DNA of 64,000 nucleotides from positions 868,001 to 932,000 of the forward strand of contig JAIVFI010000004.1 in the NCBI GenBank assembly GCA_025558095.1. Direction: 5' to 3'. Within the stretch, counting starts at the first letter, position 1; each line of letters begins with the position of its first letter. Below the pieces are notes generated by a model. That model ran no database searches, had not been told where the DNA came from, and saw nothing but the letters and a program-made list of their open reading frames with translations. The translations under genes and the position numbers were made by a program. This document shows positions 1 through 10,490 of the stretch, one piece after another. The stretch comes from Hyaloraphidium curvatum SAG 235-1. Lineage: Eukaryota > Fungi > Monoblepharomycota.

Positions 1-2848
1 CCGCCCGAACCTCGCCATGCGCCCGCGGTCCGTGTGCAGCTGCATCCGCACGATCGCGCCGATGCTGCCAGCGGGCTCGGCCCAGGAGCGCTCGTGCGGG
101 CGGACGATGCCCGTCACGCGGACGAGCTGCTCGCCGGGTTCGAGGAGGAAGGAACCCGAAGCTGGGGCGGCGAGGACGCGCTTGCCGAGGCGGACGAAGG
201 TCGAGTCGGTGAGGAAGAAGCTGAGGGCTGTTCGCCCGCCGCAGGTCAGAGCCATTCCAAGATGCAATCGAAGGAAGCCACCCACCAACGATCGACTTGG
301 TGCCGTACCAGGCGACCCTTCTCAGCCCGACGCCCTTGGTACCCCACTTGACCTCCTTGGCCGTCTGCTCGTCAAACTCCCTCTGGCTCGCCCCCGCGCC
401 CCGCGCCGACCTGACCAGCCTCGGCTCCTCGTCCTCGGCTGGCGACGCCGGGAACTCGACCGCCTCGGGCGAAAACAGCTCGTCCAGGTGCGGCGAATCC
501 ACCCTCTCCGCCTCCTTGGCTAACAGCTTCCGCGCCTGCGGGCAGACGACCGCCAGCGCCGCCTCGTGCAGCGGCCTCAGCACCCGGTCGAAGCCGAACG
601 GCAGCCTGTAGTCGAGAAGCTTCCGCGCGTCGTCCTGCCGGACCGGCACCTCGGCCCGCCCGTTGTCGTCTTCCGAGATGGCCGAAAGCTCGACCACTGC
701 CTCGCACAGTTCCGCTAGCCGAGGCCACTCCTCTTCCTCCGGTTGCCCGCCCCGGATCCGCTCCAGCGCCGCGGCGGCCAGCGCACACATGGTCCCCGCC
801 CCGGGGGGCACCTCGTTCCACTCCCTTAGCCTGTACGCGGCCTGATCCCCCGGGTGCACGCGGTCCCCGCACGCGAGGAGGAGCCACGCGTGCGCGGCAT
901 CGTTGGCGCGGAGCACGCGGTCCGAGTCGGGGGAGGGGTAGAACTCCCGCGGGGCGTCGCGGAACAGCCGGCCGCAGAGCTTGCCCACCAGCCGCGCGCG
1001 GGGGATGGTCAGGTCGGGGAGGGGGGGGATGGCAAAGGGGCCGAAGGCGGGGGCGACGTCGGCGCCAAAGGTGGGGATGAGGGCCTGCACGGCGCCGAGC
1101 ATGCCGTTGTCGGGCCAGGTGGAAGAGAGGCACCGCAGGACGGTGTTCTGCCGGCCTTCGAGGTAGCTCCGCTCCTTGTCCGAGGCGCGGTAGGTCCGCG
1201 CCAGCTCGCCCGCGAGGCTCGGGTTCTTCCTGACCGCCTCCCGCAGGGCCGCCCGCGCGGTCGGCGCCCGCGAGAGCACCGGGTCCCGCAGGCCGTCCCA
1301 GATCCCGCGCGCGTAGTCGGACGCCCAGCCCTGGAGTACCTCGCGGCCCGGCGCCAGGCCCTCGTCGGGGGACGGGGCGAGGAGCATCCGCTCGGCAACG
1401 ATGGCGAGGAGCGACGAGGTCTCGGGGCCGTCTTCGCTGTTCCAGACGCTCTCGGCGACCTTGCGGGTGACCTCGAACCCGAGCTCGCGCACGGCGGGGT
1501 CGTCGAAGAGATGTCGGACGTACGGGGCGGGAACTCGGTCGAACAGGTAGAACAGGATGCGGGCGACGAGACGGGGCGAAAGTTTGGCCTCCTTCTGGCG
1601 CAACAGCGGTGCCACGAGATCCGGAGCCTGCACGAGCAGGGAGGCGAGGATCTGGCGGCGGTCGTCGAGCCGGTAGGCGTTGTCGCCCGAGAACAACGGA
1701 GGGTCCAGGGCGAGGCCGTAGTCGCTGACGAGCCGCGCCACCTTGGCCCGCTTGGGCTCAAAGTTGGCCCTCCGCGTGGCCAGCCACCCCGCTCCCGCCT
1801 GCGGGTTGTCGAACTCGGCCAGGTCTCCTTCGTCGTCCATGAGCGCCTCGACAGGGAGCTCGACCAGCACCCGCAGGTCGGCGGCGTCGCTCCGCCGCAG
1901 CGCGATCTTGGCCGCGCCGTACGCCTCGGAAGCCACGGAAAGCAGGTCCACGAGGAGCACCTGGTCGCTGCCGCGGACGGCGGGGTCGCGCAGGCGCCTG
2001 CGGCGGGCGGCGCGGGTTTCGCCGTCCGAGAGCTCGTCCTCGCGGAGGAAGGAGAGGCTGGAGGGGATCGGATCCGGTGCGGTGGAGGGCCGGCGCGCCG
2101 GGTTACGGGCCATCTGGCGCCGCACGGGGCGGAGGATGCGGGCCAGGCGGCTGTCCGAGTTGGCCGACGAGCCCGACGAGGCCAGGCTGACGGTGTCTGC
2201 TCCGGCAGCCTCGCCGGCCCCAGCTGAGCCCCCGATACCGGCATCGTCGAAAGAGTGGTCTTCGTCCGGCGAACCCGTGTGCCAGCTCTCCCCGCTGCTT
2301 CCCGAGGTGCTCTCAACCGGGCTGCCATTGCCCGAGTCGTCCCCCGAGCCTTCCTCGTTTGTCTCCTCGTCCGCGGTCCCCTCATCGGTCGTGCTCTCGT
2401 CCGACGCCACGTCCTCGTCCGGATCCGACGTGTCCGAGAGTGTCTCGATGGTCCCTTGCGCGGCCGGGCCCCTCGAACCCCTCGCCCTCGGCCTCTGCCC
2501 GGCAAAGAACGCGAAAAATTCCTGCACCAGGTACCGCGGCGGCTTGAAGCCCATTGCCAGCAGCCCGTGCGGCACCGACCGCGGCCCGTCATCCCGCGGC
2601 GTGCCGCTGGCCAGCAGCCGCCTGTTCGAGCCGAGCGCCCCGCGCCACACCCTGTTCCCGTGGCGGGCCACCAGCCAGCCGGTCCGGAAGCCGGTCGACG
2701 CCATGACGGCGCGCAGGCGGCGGCAGCAACGCGAGAGCGACCCGGCATCGCGTGACTGGTCGACGCAGAGCGCGATTTGCTCGAGCGTCTCGTCGGGGAG
2801 GTCCAGCAGGCCGGCCGGCCGCGGGGACTCCGCAGCCGCCCGGTCCAT
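1..2848 (-). CDS. F-box domain protein, 3' end outside window
   Basis: Manual translation from ATG 2848: MDRAAAESPRPAGLLDLPDETLEQIALCVDQSRDAGSLSRCCRRLR (F-box L-x-x-LP-x-E pattern), then an acidic low-complexity region and a helical remainder. Absent from the ORF track because no stop occurs inside the window. Confidence 0.7.
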   Translation of the reverse strand, partial: MDRAAAESPRPAGLLDLPDETLEQIALCVDQSRDAGSLSRCCRRLRAVMASTGFRTGWLVARHGNRVWRGALGSNRRLLASGTPRDDGPRSVPHGLLAMGFKPPRYLVQEFFAFFAGQRPRARGSRGPAAQGTIETLSDTSDPDEDVASDESTTDEGTADEETNEEGSGDDSGNGSPVESTSGSSGESWHTGSPDEDHSFDDAGIGGSAGAGEAAGADTVSLASSGSSANSDSRLARILRPVRRQMARNPARRPSTAPDPIPSSLSFLREDELSDGETRAARRRRLRDPAVRGSDQVLLVDLLSVASEAYGAAKIALRRSDAADLRVLVELPVEALMDDEGDLAEFDNPQAGAGWLATRRANFEPKRAKVARLVSDYGLALDPPLFSGDNAYRLDDRRQILASLLVQAPDLVAPLLRQKEAKLSPRLVARILFYLFDRVPAPYVRHLFDDPAVRELGFEVTRKVAESVWNSEDGPETSSLLAIVAERMLLAPSPDEGLAPGREVLQGWASDYARGIWDGLRDPVLSRAPTARAALREAVRKNPSLAGELARTYRASDKERSYLEGRQNTVLRCLSSTWPDNGMLGAVQALIPTFGADVAPAFGPFAIPPLPDLTIPRARLVGKLCGRLFRDAPREFYPSPDSDRVLRANDAAHAWLLLACGDRVHPGDQAAYRLREWNEVPPGAGTMCALAAAALERIRGGQPEEEEWPRLAELCEAVVELSAISEDDNGRAEVPVRQDDARKLLDYRLPFGFDRVLRPLHEAALAVVCPQARKLLAKEAERVDSPHLDELFSPEAVEFPASPAEDEEPRLVRSARGAGASQREFDEQTAKEVKWGTKGVGLRRVAWYGTKSIVGGWLPSIASWNGSDLRRANSPQLLPHRLDLRPPRQARPRRPSFGFLPPRTRRAARPRDGHRPPARALLGRARWQHRRDRADAAAHGPRAHGEVRA

Positions 2849-2970
2849 GGCAGATAAACCGGCCGATGGCGCGTTCCGCGTGTTTCCGTTGCAAAGAAGT
2901 GGGGCAGGCGGTGACACGTGTGACGGGAAGTCTCTCAAACGCGTCGCCCAAACAGCAGCAAACAGCCGCA

Positions 2971-4074
2971 ATGCCTCCCCGAAAGAAGCGCGCCGCCGGC
3001 CCCGCCAAAGCCAACTCGCCCGCTCGGACCGGTCCTCCCGTCGTGCCCGAGAGGCCCACGCTGGCGGACGCTCCGGTCGAGATCCAGCAGCAGATCCTCG
3101 GCCTCGTGCTTCGCGAGGGGGGCATCTCCGCGGCCTTCGAGGTCGCCCGGTCGTGCCGCAGCCTGCTCCTGGCATTTCGAGGTCTACCGCTGTGGAAGGG
3201 GGTGTGCGACAAGCATAAGTTCAAGCAGGTGAGGGCGGCCAGAGTCGGACGCCTCGTCAGTGCTACCGCTGACTGGCCCCGCAGAGGTCCAAGAAGCTTC
3301 CTTTCGACGAGCGTCTGGTCGTGGAGAAGCTCCAAGAGAAGCAGAAACATCTTTGCCACAACCTGGAATGCCTCGCCCTCACGAAGGTCGGCTACTTCGT
3401 GCCGACGGGACCGAAGACGGCCATGCGCCTGTGCCTTCCTTGCCTGGGCAACCTCTGGGAAGGGAACCGATGGATACGGGACAGGTCCTACGCTTCCCCT
3501 GAGTGGGACGAGGCGCTGCAGCGGGAGCTCCGGGAGGAGTTCTTCAACAAGACCGAGCTGCGGTCGACGGGGCTCAAGAAGGACCAGATCGACGGCATCG
3601 CGCACATCAGGTGGTTCCACCAGAACAACGCGCATTCGAGGGGTAGCTTTTCCTACGAGGTTCGTTCGCTCGGCGTCTGTTCGATCGCGGGTCAAAATTG
3701 TGGCACTGACGTGGCCTCACTCCACTCCTCGACAGTACAAGCCGACCGACGTCCTCCTCGCGCGGTGGCAGATCTACGGCGGACAGACCGGGCTGGACGC
3801 CAAGTCTGCCTACGAAGGCGAGCAAGCAAACCATGATTCCGGTGCGGAGAAGTCTGCCTACGAAGGCGAGCAGCAAACCACGATTCCGGTGCGGAGAACA
3901 CCGCCGCCTCCTCTGCGTCGGCGGGAGCCCATGCGCGGCGCCAAGGCTGATCGTGTCTCGCGTCAGGCCGGTTACATTCTGAAGCTCCCGGAGAGGCGGC
4001 CGCGTGGGATGGATAGGGTGGTCAACGGGCTCTTCATCGGCGATCTGGACGAATTCGCCGATTTGGAACTGTAA
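2971..4074 (+). CDS. F-box-like protein with Cys4 Zn-finger/XPA-like module (family A, short copy)
   Basis: Exon 1 PTLADAPVEIQQQILGLVL...SCRSL...LW; introns ~3229-3284 and ~3660-3736; CHNLEC...CLPC motif; clear paralog of 12083-14110. Confidence 0.7.
   Translation: MPPRKKRAAGPAKANSPARTGPPVVPERPTLADAPVEIQQQILGLVLREGGISAAFEVARSCRSLLLAFRGLPLWKGVCDKHKFKQVRAARVGRLVSATADWPRRGPRSFLSTSVWSWRSSKRSRNIFATTWNASPSRRSATSCRRDRRRPCACAFLAWATSGKGTDGYGTGPTLPLSGTRRCSGSSGRSSSTRPSCGRRGSRRTRSTASRTSGGSTRTTRIRGVAFPTRFVRSASVRSRVKIVALTWPHSTPRQYKPTDVLLARWQIYGGQTGLDAKSAYEGEQANHDSGAEKSAYEGEQQTTIPVRRTPPPPLRRREPMRGAKADRVSRQAGYILKLPERRPRGMDRVVNGLFIGDLDEFADLEL
3802..3897 (+). repeat. Tandem duplication, 48 bp + 47 bp
   Basis: aagtctgcctacgaaggcgagca(a)gcaaacca(t/c)gattccggtgcggag occurs twice. 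Confidence 0.9.
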
Positions 4075-4260
4075 GCAGGAATGCTTGTCTGCTTAGATTC
4101 TTCCAATCAGTCCGGCGAGTCTTCTTCCGCGTCCTGAAATCCGCCGTTGCATCACCTTGCATCCTACCGGGGCCAGCGCAGGAGTGGGGACCGCCAAGGC
4201 GACCCGACGGCTTCCGAAGAAGTTCCACCGCAACCGACAACCCGCCCCACCCCGCCCGCG

Positions 4261-5788
4261 ATGGCCGCCTCCGACGACGCCGACTTCCGCCCTCTCGAGT
4301 GGCTCGCCCTTTTCCCCGCGCCGTCCACGCCGGTGCCGAGCTTCGGCGACGAGGAGCGGCGCGCGAGCCCCGACGACGCGTCGCGCGCCGCGGACCCGCT
4401 CACGCGCGACGGGATGCTCGAAGACCTGCGGGGCACATCGTGGCTCGCTGCCTGGGTTTCGCTGCGGCTGCACTGCGCGTTCCCGGGCTGGACTTCCGCG
4501 GCCTTGTTTGCGTTCATGGGCGCAATCTCCGTCGTCCTCCTCGGCCTCTCGCTGCCGCTGGCCCGCGCCTCAGTCGCCGCTAACGACGCCGCAATCGGCA
4601 TTGCCGGTGTCGCCGTTATGTTTGTCGTGAACGTGGCCGTCCTTGGAGTGTCGAACAAAAGCCTGGGGTCGAACCTTCTCGGCCTGCTCGACTTCTCCTC
4701 TCCCGCGGCCGTCTGCCGCTGGCTCCGGCTCGCCCGGATGACCCCCTCGGAGGCAGTGGGCAAGCATGGCCCGCCCGGCGCCCTGCTGGACCATATGCCC
4801 GGCGAGGACGACTGCCCCTGCTCGTCTTGTAGTGGCTGGCTTCAAAATGCCGGGGGGTCTCTTTCGCTTCTCAACACATTCGTCGGAACCATCTTCTTCG
4901 CGTGGCTGATGCTAGTTCTGGTGGTTTACACACCTCTTGTGACGTACGGGGCAGAGCTTTGGGCCACGCCCTACGGAGGCCTCCTTGGAGTGCTGTATGC
5001 TCTCACGCTGGTCGCGGTCGCAGTCCCTACCTGGCTCTCCCATCCACTCGGCATTGGCAACGTGGCCTACACGACGCTGGAGCTCCGGCTGCACTGTCGC
5101 GCAGCATCCCTGGCCATGGGCGACTTACTCGGACGTTTCCGCGCCGCGGTCGCTGACGGCAGCGAACCTCCTCGGTCGCCCTGCTGGCTTTACGTCAGGC
5201 TGCACTACCGTTTCACCGCCATGTGTCGCTCCAGGCGCCACCAGGACTCGGCGTTCATCGCGCGGCTCTACGGCCTCGTGATCGTGCCTTGCGTGGTTGT
5301 CTTTGCCGTCCTCAATACGGTGGGATGAGCACGGACCTCCTCCAGCCCGCATCGCACCGCTGACTGACGTTCTCCCTTCTCAAACCAACCGCCAGGCCGT
5401 CGGCCGCTGTGTTCCCGCCTGGCTGCTCCTCTACCTGCTCCACGCCGCGATCTACTTCACAGTCAACGCCGTCAACCTCGCCGCACGCAACGCCCTCATC
5501 GACTCCGTCACGGCCGTGCACCGCGCCGCGGAGCGGGACCTCCGCACCCTCGTCCTATCGGTCGGCCCGGGCCCCCTGGCCGACGACGCGGCGATGCACT
5601 GCGCCGCGCTCGCGTCGTTTGGGGAGGTCCAGCACCACCGCGCCAAACTGTTCGGCTTCGTGGTCTCGTTCGGGAGCGTGAGGACGCTGCTGGCGACGGG
5701 GACGACGGTCGCGGTGGCGCTGTGGACGGTGCTGCGCGCGTTCGGGGTGTCGGCGACGCTGGAGAGCTTCTGCTTCTCGGGACTTTAG
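4261..5788 (+). CDS. Seven-transmembrane protein, gustatory-receptor-like (7TMIC/DUF3537-like) topology
   Basis: Two exons with intron 5320-5395. Seven hydrophobic segments, a long loop between TM4 and TM5, and C-terminal KLFGFVVSFGSVRTLLATGTTVAVALWTVL. Confidence 0.6.
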
Positions 5789-5855
5789 GCGGAAGGAGAT
5801 TCAGAAGTGGTATAGATTATTGGGGAATACATCGTAGCATGCTGGCCGCGTTGAC

Positions 5856-6350
5856 CTAGTACCCGCACCAGAGACCCGTCCCCTGGGCGCACTGGGTGTT
5901 GTCCGGGGTCTGCCCGTGGTAGGTCTGGTAGACCTGCACGTTGCTCGGGCAGCTCAGCGGCGCGCTCGGGGTCGAGCACCCCACGTAGTGCCATCTCGCG
6001 TACGCGGGGAGGATGTAGTCCGTGCTCTCGCCCGGGTAGAAGCTCTTGGTGGGGTCCACGAAGGAGCCGCACCAGAACGCGGCGGTGGGGTCGCCGCACT
6101 GCTGCCCGTCCGGGGTGAGGTCCCCGGCCAGGTCGCCGGAATAGTACTTGGTGGTGTAGGTGCATTGCATGTTCGGGTTCGCGGAGCTCGGGAGGCAGCC
6201 GCCCCAGACCCATTTCACGTTGTTGGGCGGCGTGGTGGGCGGGTAGTAGCCCGAGCTCGAGGAGGAGGCCAGCGGGGCGGCGGCGGCGGCGGCGCCGGTG
6301 GCGGCCGCGGCACAGGCGGCGACGGTGGCGAGGACGGTCGAGACCTTCAT
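5856..6350 (-). CDS. Small secreted Cys-rich protein with internal two-fold repeat
   Basis: Signal peptide MKVSTVLATVAACAAAA; repeats W-x-W-GGC...TPDGQQC...FWCG and W-x-Y-VGC...TPDNTQC...LWCG; TATA-like sequence on the minus strand near 6457-6462. Confidence 0.8.
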   Translation of the reverse strand: MKVSTVLATVAACAAAATGAAAAAAPLASSSSSGYYPPTTPPNNVKWVWGGCLPSSANPNMQCTYTTKYYSGDLAGDLTPDGQQCGDPTAAFWCGSFVDPTKSFYPGESTDYILPAYARWHYVGCSTPSAPLSCPSNVQVYQTYHGQTPDNTQCAQGTGLWCGY

Positions 6351-6971
6351 GGTTTGTTGGGTGTTGGGTGAATGAGGAGGAGATTCGCGGAGTTCCCAGA
6401 GTGCGATTGGAGCTGGGTTCGAGTTCGATGGTGTTCGGCCCCTCCCGGCCCCGGTCTTTATAGGAATCCATAGCCGCAGAACTGGGGCTCTGCGGGGCGG
6501 AACTTCAGGCGCAGGGGCGGGTGGAAGTCCATGTGGCGGTGCGGCCGACTCCGCCACGGACCCCGCAACACAGCGCGGGTCTGGACGCAGGGCGGCCAAC
6601 GGCGACCACCGGAACGACAAGCGCGTTGAAATGAAGATCAGCGGTCCGAGCTTGGCATGCAGGGGTTCGACCGCAGCTGATCCGCCCACCCACAGCTCGG
6701 GGGATGAGGACAAAGCCCGGCCAAGCCAAGATAGATTGCCGTCAGGTCATATGGGCGAAGCGCTTTCCACGGGGCCCAAATAGAGTCTCAAGTGGATAGA
6801 TCTTTCCACAAACTATTTCATGTGGACCAAAAGCCCCAATTTCGACCGTTCATCCGGAGGTTCGCGGGGAGGGACCTAGTTCCAGGACGGATTGGACGAT
6901 TGGTTCACGGGCATTCGCAACGCCGAAAATCGCGCTCAGGGCCAGTGAAGTGCGCCACATTCTCTGTTCCA

Positions 6972-8388
6972 TTACGATCGGACTGCCCTGGCTACTGTCT
7001 TGAAAATCGTGGTTTTCGCGATCGTGATCTTCTTTGTCGCCGTCACCGTTCGCTGGAGAGGGCAATCAGCGAAGCAGCTAGGACGGAAGCCGTGACCGTG
7101 CCGCCGACCGTCTTTTGGACCGTGAGCTTGGCCACGGTCTTGGTGCTCGTCGAAACCACGAACGAAGTCACGCGTGACGTTGAGGTCAGCGTCGACACGA
7201 GGGTGGTAGGCACGGGTGAGGGCGAGATGACGAAGACAGTCGAGAAGGAGGTGACCGGGGAAGTGACCGTTGTCAGGAGGGTCGACACCGAGGTCAGAGT
7301 GGAGAGGACGGTGGTTGGGGAAACCGAAGTGAGGGTTGTTGGCACAGGCGAAGGCGAAATGACGAAAACCGATGAGATCGTGGTGACCGAGGTTGTGATG
7401 GTAGTTGGTTGGGTCGACACGGAGGTCAGGGTGGAGAGGACGGTGGTCGGCGAGATCGCGACGGATGTGATAGTCGAAATCAGAATGCTGAGCTCCGTCT
7501 CGGTATGGAACACCGTGTGGACCATCGTCCGCGTCTCTGTGATCGAGAGCGTCGGCACGGTGGTTGTTGATCTGGGCGGCCGGTTGCTTGGCGGGATCAC
7601 CGCTCCCAGGCGCAGCGGCGACGCGGCCAGGGATCCGCACGCGCTGGCGTAATTTACACTGGCGTTGCATGTAAACTGCGGAACGGTGCTGCAGTTGCTT
7701 TTCTGCGGGGGAGGGCGGAAGAAGTTGTCAGGCTTGACTTCCAGAATGGCCGGGTTCCGTGGAACGTGCCTCGATCAAAATGAATGAAAGGTTCCACAGC
7801 CTGTCCTGCGTCATTAGAACATCATCGTTGCAGTCCAACGCTCCGAAGCGGAAGTCGAGCTGCTGGTGGATTCTCACTAGGCGAGACCAATTCAGCTCAG
7901 TCCGGGCGGGGAAGTTTGATGCCTTACGATCTCGCAGGTCTCTCTCCGGGACCCAGTTTTCGATTCCCAGTATCCCTTCCGGGGACAAGATGGGGATGTC
8001 CCGGACGTAGTACATCTGCTTGACGAAGAAGCCGTCCGGGCGGCCATCGCAGCTGGCGTTCTCGAACGACCTGGGGAATCCCAGTGGCGTGTTGCCGTCG
8101 CCCCAGAACAGATTGTTGGACAGGTAGACCTTGACCTCCGCCGGGCGGAAGACTGCAAGGGTCCGCGGGCATATCGGCCGCATCGTCTGAGTCCGAGAAC
8201 AGGGGGCGCGCAACGTCACGATCCCACCCACCGTCGCCGCGGCCGGGGCAGTCCGTGAGCCCCGGGTTCCTCCAGGACCACTGGATTCCAGCTTCTGCCC
8301 AGGGATTTCCGCCCGCGCCGAGGGGCAAGAGGAACAGGACCGCGCACAGACCTGCGCTTCCGGCCCGCGCCGCCCGGATCGACCGCAT
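6972..8388 (-). CDS. Secreted protein with globular N-domain and Thr/Ser/Val-rich repetitive stalk
   Basis: Signal-like MRSIRAARAGSAGLCAVLFLLPLGAGG; about 5 exons; repeats ISPTTVLSTLTSVST and FVISPSPVPTTL; basic Thr-rich tail ending TVARAVRS*. Confidence 0.65.
7185..7460 (-). repeat. Imperfect ~120-bp coding tandem repeats
   Basis: gggtcgacac(c/g)gaggtcag(a/g)gtggagaggacggtggt and ggcac(g/a)gg(t/c)ga(g/a)ggcga(g/a)atgacgaa each recur. Confidence 0.8.
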
Positions 8389-8881
8389 CTCGCGGCGCAG
8401 GACTCGCAACCGACGTAACGGAATGCCGTGGCAAATGGTGCAGCCGGCCGATGCCGTTGCAGGCGGTGCCGTTGCAGGCGGTGCCGTTGCGCTCGAACTG
8501 AGGGTCCGGCCGCCCGCGTTCGGCGTCAGCATCAGCCTCTGCCGGTGCCCACCTTGTTCCAGACAACGTGGCAAGATCCTTCGACAATGCTGGAGGATGA
8601 ACGCCTGCCTCTCCGGATTCGGAAATGGGTAGCGTCCTTCGTGGCTTCGGCCTTGAAGGTGCGCGAGAAGAAGCCCGATCCGGAGCTCTGAATCGCCAAG
8701 CGGCGATGGCGGAGTGGATAGGACGGAAAGGAATTGACGGCGGACGCAGCTTTGGCGCGACAACCGAGTGGCATCGTGTATTGCGTCGCCGAAGGAAACA
8801 CCAGACCGGACCAGACCAGAGTAGCGGCTCTCCTCACCCTCCCCGTGCGCAGCTAGAAAACCAAAGCTCCCTACCAATCTA

Positions 8882-10087
8882 TCATGCCACCGCAACCCCG
8901 ACTACGCCCTTTTCTCTGTCCGACGGTGCCGGTTCCACGCCCGTGCGCCCCGCCGCCGGCCCCCCTTTCGCCCGGCCCCCGATCCCGAGCACGCTCTCCA
9001 CCCATGCGAGACCCCTGTCCCACAGCTCCCCGGGGGAATGTGCGCCGCACTGCACCTCGACGAGCATCAGCACGCTGGCGAGCAAAAAGGCCCAGGAGCC
9101 GTAGTACGTGTTGAAGCCGACCCCCCAGAGGAAGCAGCACCCGCCGCCGGTGCCGTCCCAGTTCCACGCGAGGCCGAACATGGCGCACAGGAGGAAGCCG
9201 AGCGAGCCGATGAGGTTCCAGAATGCCGCGTGCCACCCGATCCTGTCCAGCGCGGGGCGCCACCACGCCTCCTGCTCCTCGAGCATGGCCATCCAGCTCG
9301 AGACGACGAAGCCAATCGAGCCAGCGATCTGCATGCCCCAGACCAGCACGTTCTCGGCAACGACCTGGGTCGGTCCGATGACCCCCGGGAGGCCGCAGAT
9401 CACGGCGACGGTGAAGCACGTCGCGCCCATGTACTGGATCACCGACGCCCACCAACCGATCGAGTCGGTCTGCAGGCCAATCCAGCGCCACCCGTCGTGC
9501 GGGGGCGTGTAGGCCACGCGCGCGGCGGGCACCGACTTGGAGCCGTGGTGCCGCTCGAGGTAGCGCACGACCGCCGCCGGCTCCCCCGCGGCCTCCTCGG
9601 CGAGCCGGTGCAGCTCGTAGCCAAAGCCCTCCCCGTCGCGGTCGTTCAGCGCCTCGACGACGGCGAGGTAAGCACCGACCCAGAACAGCAGCCCCCCCAC
9701 GAAACCCGACCACGACGTCACGAGGTCCGCCGCCTCGGGGTTGGCGGGCGGCCAGATGACGTACTGCCCGTTGATCACCCAGCACACCGAGCCGGCGGTG
9801 AACCACGCGGCGACCTGCCACGACACGTTGCCGAGGACGCCGTGGCGGCGGGGCACCAGCGCGGGAGGGGGCGCGGCCGCCCCTTCGGAGGGGGCCAATT
9901 CGGGCGGACGGCCCTTGCGGCGGGCGCGCGAATGCTCGATAAGGAAGGCGCCCAGGCCGACGTCGTGGAAGACGCGGCGTCGGGGGCGCAGATGGGCGAA
10001 GATGAGGTGCTGCGGGTCGCTCGAGACGAGCTTGCGGGCCGCGGGCGGGGACGGCGCCTCCAGCGCGGATCCGGCGACGTCCGCCAT
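8882..10087 (-). CDS. Integral membrane protein, YrhK-like repeats
   Basis: About 7 TM segments with repeated W-x(3)-F-x-x-GS-x-x-F motifs (WQVAAWFTAGSVCW, WHAAFWNLIGSLGFLLC). Confidence 0.7.
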   Translation of the reverse strand: MADVAGSALEAPSPPAARKLVSSDPQHLIFAHLRPRRRVFHDVGLGAFLIEHSRARRKGRPPELAPSEGAAAPPPALVPRRHGVLGNVSWQVAAWFTAGSVCWVINGQYVIWPPANPEAADLVTSWSGFVGGLLFWVGAYLAVVEALNDRDGEGFGYELHRLAEEAAGEPAAVVRYLERHHGSKSVPAARVAYTPPHDGWRWIGLQTDSIGWWASVIQYMGATCFTVAVICGLPGVIGPTQVVAENVLVWGMQIAGSIGFVVSSWMAMLEEQEAWWRPALDRIGWHAAFWNLIGSLGFLLCAMFGLAWNWDGTGGGCCFLWGVGFNTYYGSWAFLLASVLMLVEVQCGAHSPGELWDRGLAWVESVLGIGGRAKGGPAAGRTGVEPAPSDREKGVVGVAVA

Positions 10088-10490
10088 TTCTCCTGCAGAT
10101 TGGCCAGCAGATTGGTTGTCCCGGTTGGGTTTCAGGGGGTATTCGGCACCAGGTCAGCGAGGGGACCACAGGTCCCGGTATATTGACTTGTTGGTGGCAC
10201 AAGCCCCGATCAGATCCCCGACTCAAGTACGGCCAGGAAGCCGCACGTGCTGCCAGCTCGTAGGGATCAGCTGGAGAGTCCAAAGCGAGCTGATGTCTAG
10301 GAGCGCTCGGGCACGCTCGAGCCGCCGGTTATCGCATCTAACCGTCCACGTGGCCTCCGGTGCAATGAACGAGTGCTAGTAGACGTAATGATTTATTGCA
10401 AGGTTGCTACAATAGCTCCCTGTAACAGTTTTCGCTGCCTGCGGATCCAATGGCCGCGATCTCGATTGCTTCATTCGATTGGTCCAGCGA

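Noticed and set aside
7043-7110. In-frame TGA as selenocysteine or readthrough (also at 39427)
   Set aside because: Explained by predicted introns with normal splice signals, and there is no redox-motif context.
8452-8490. 15-bp repeat (gccgttgcaggcggt) x2.5 upstream of the 8388 gene
   Set aside because: Too short to assign a function; probably slippage.
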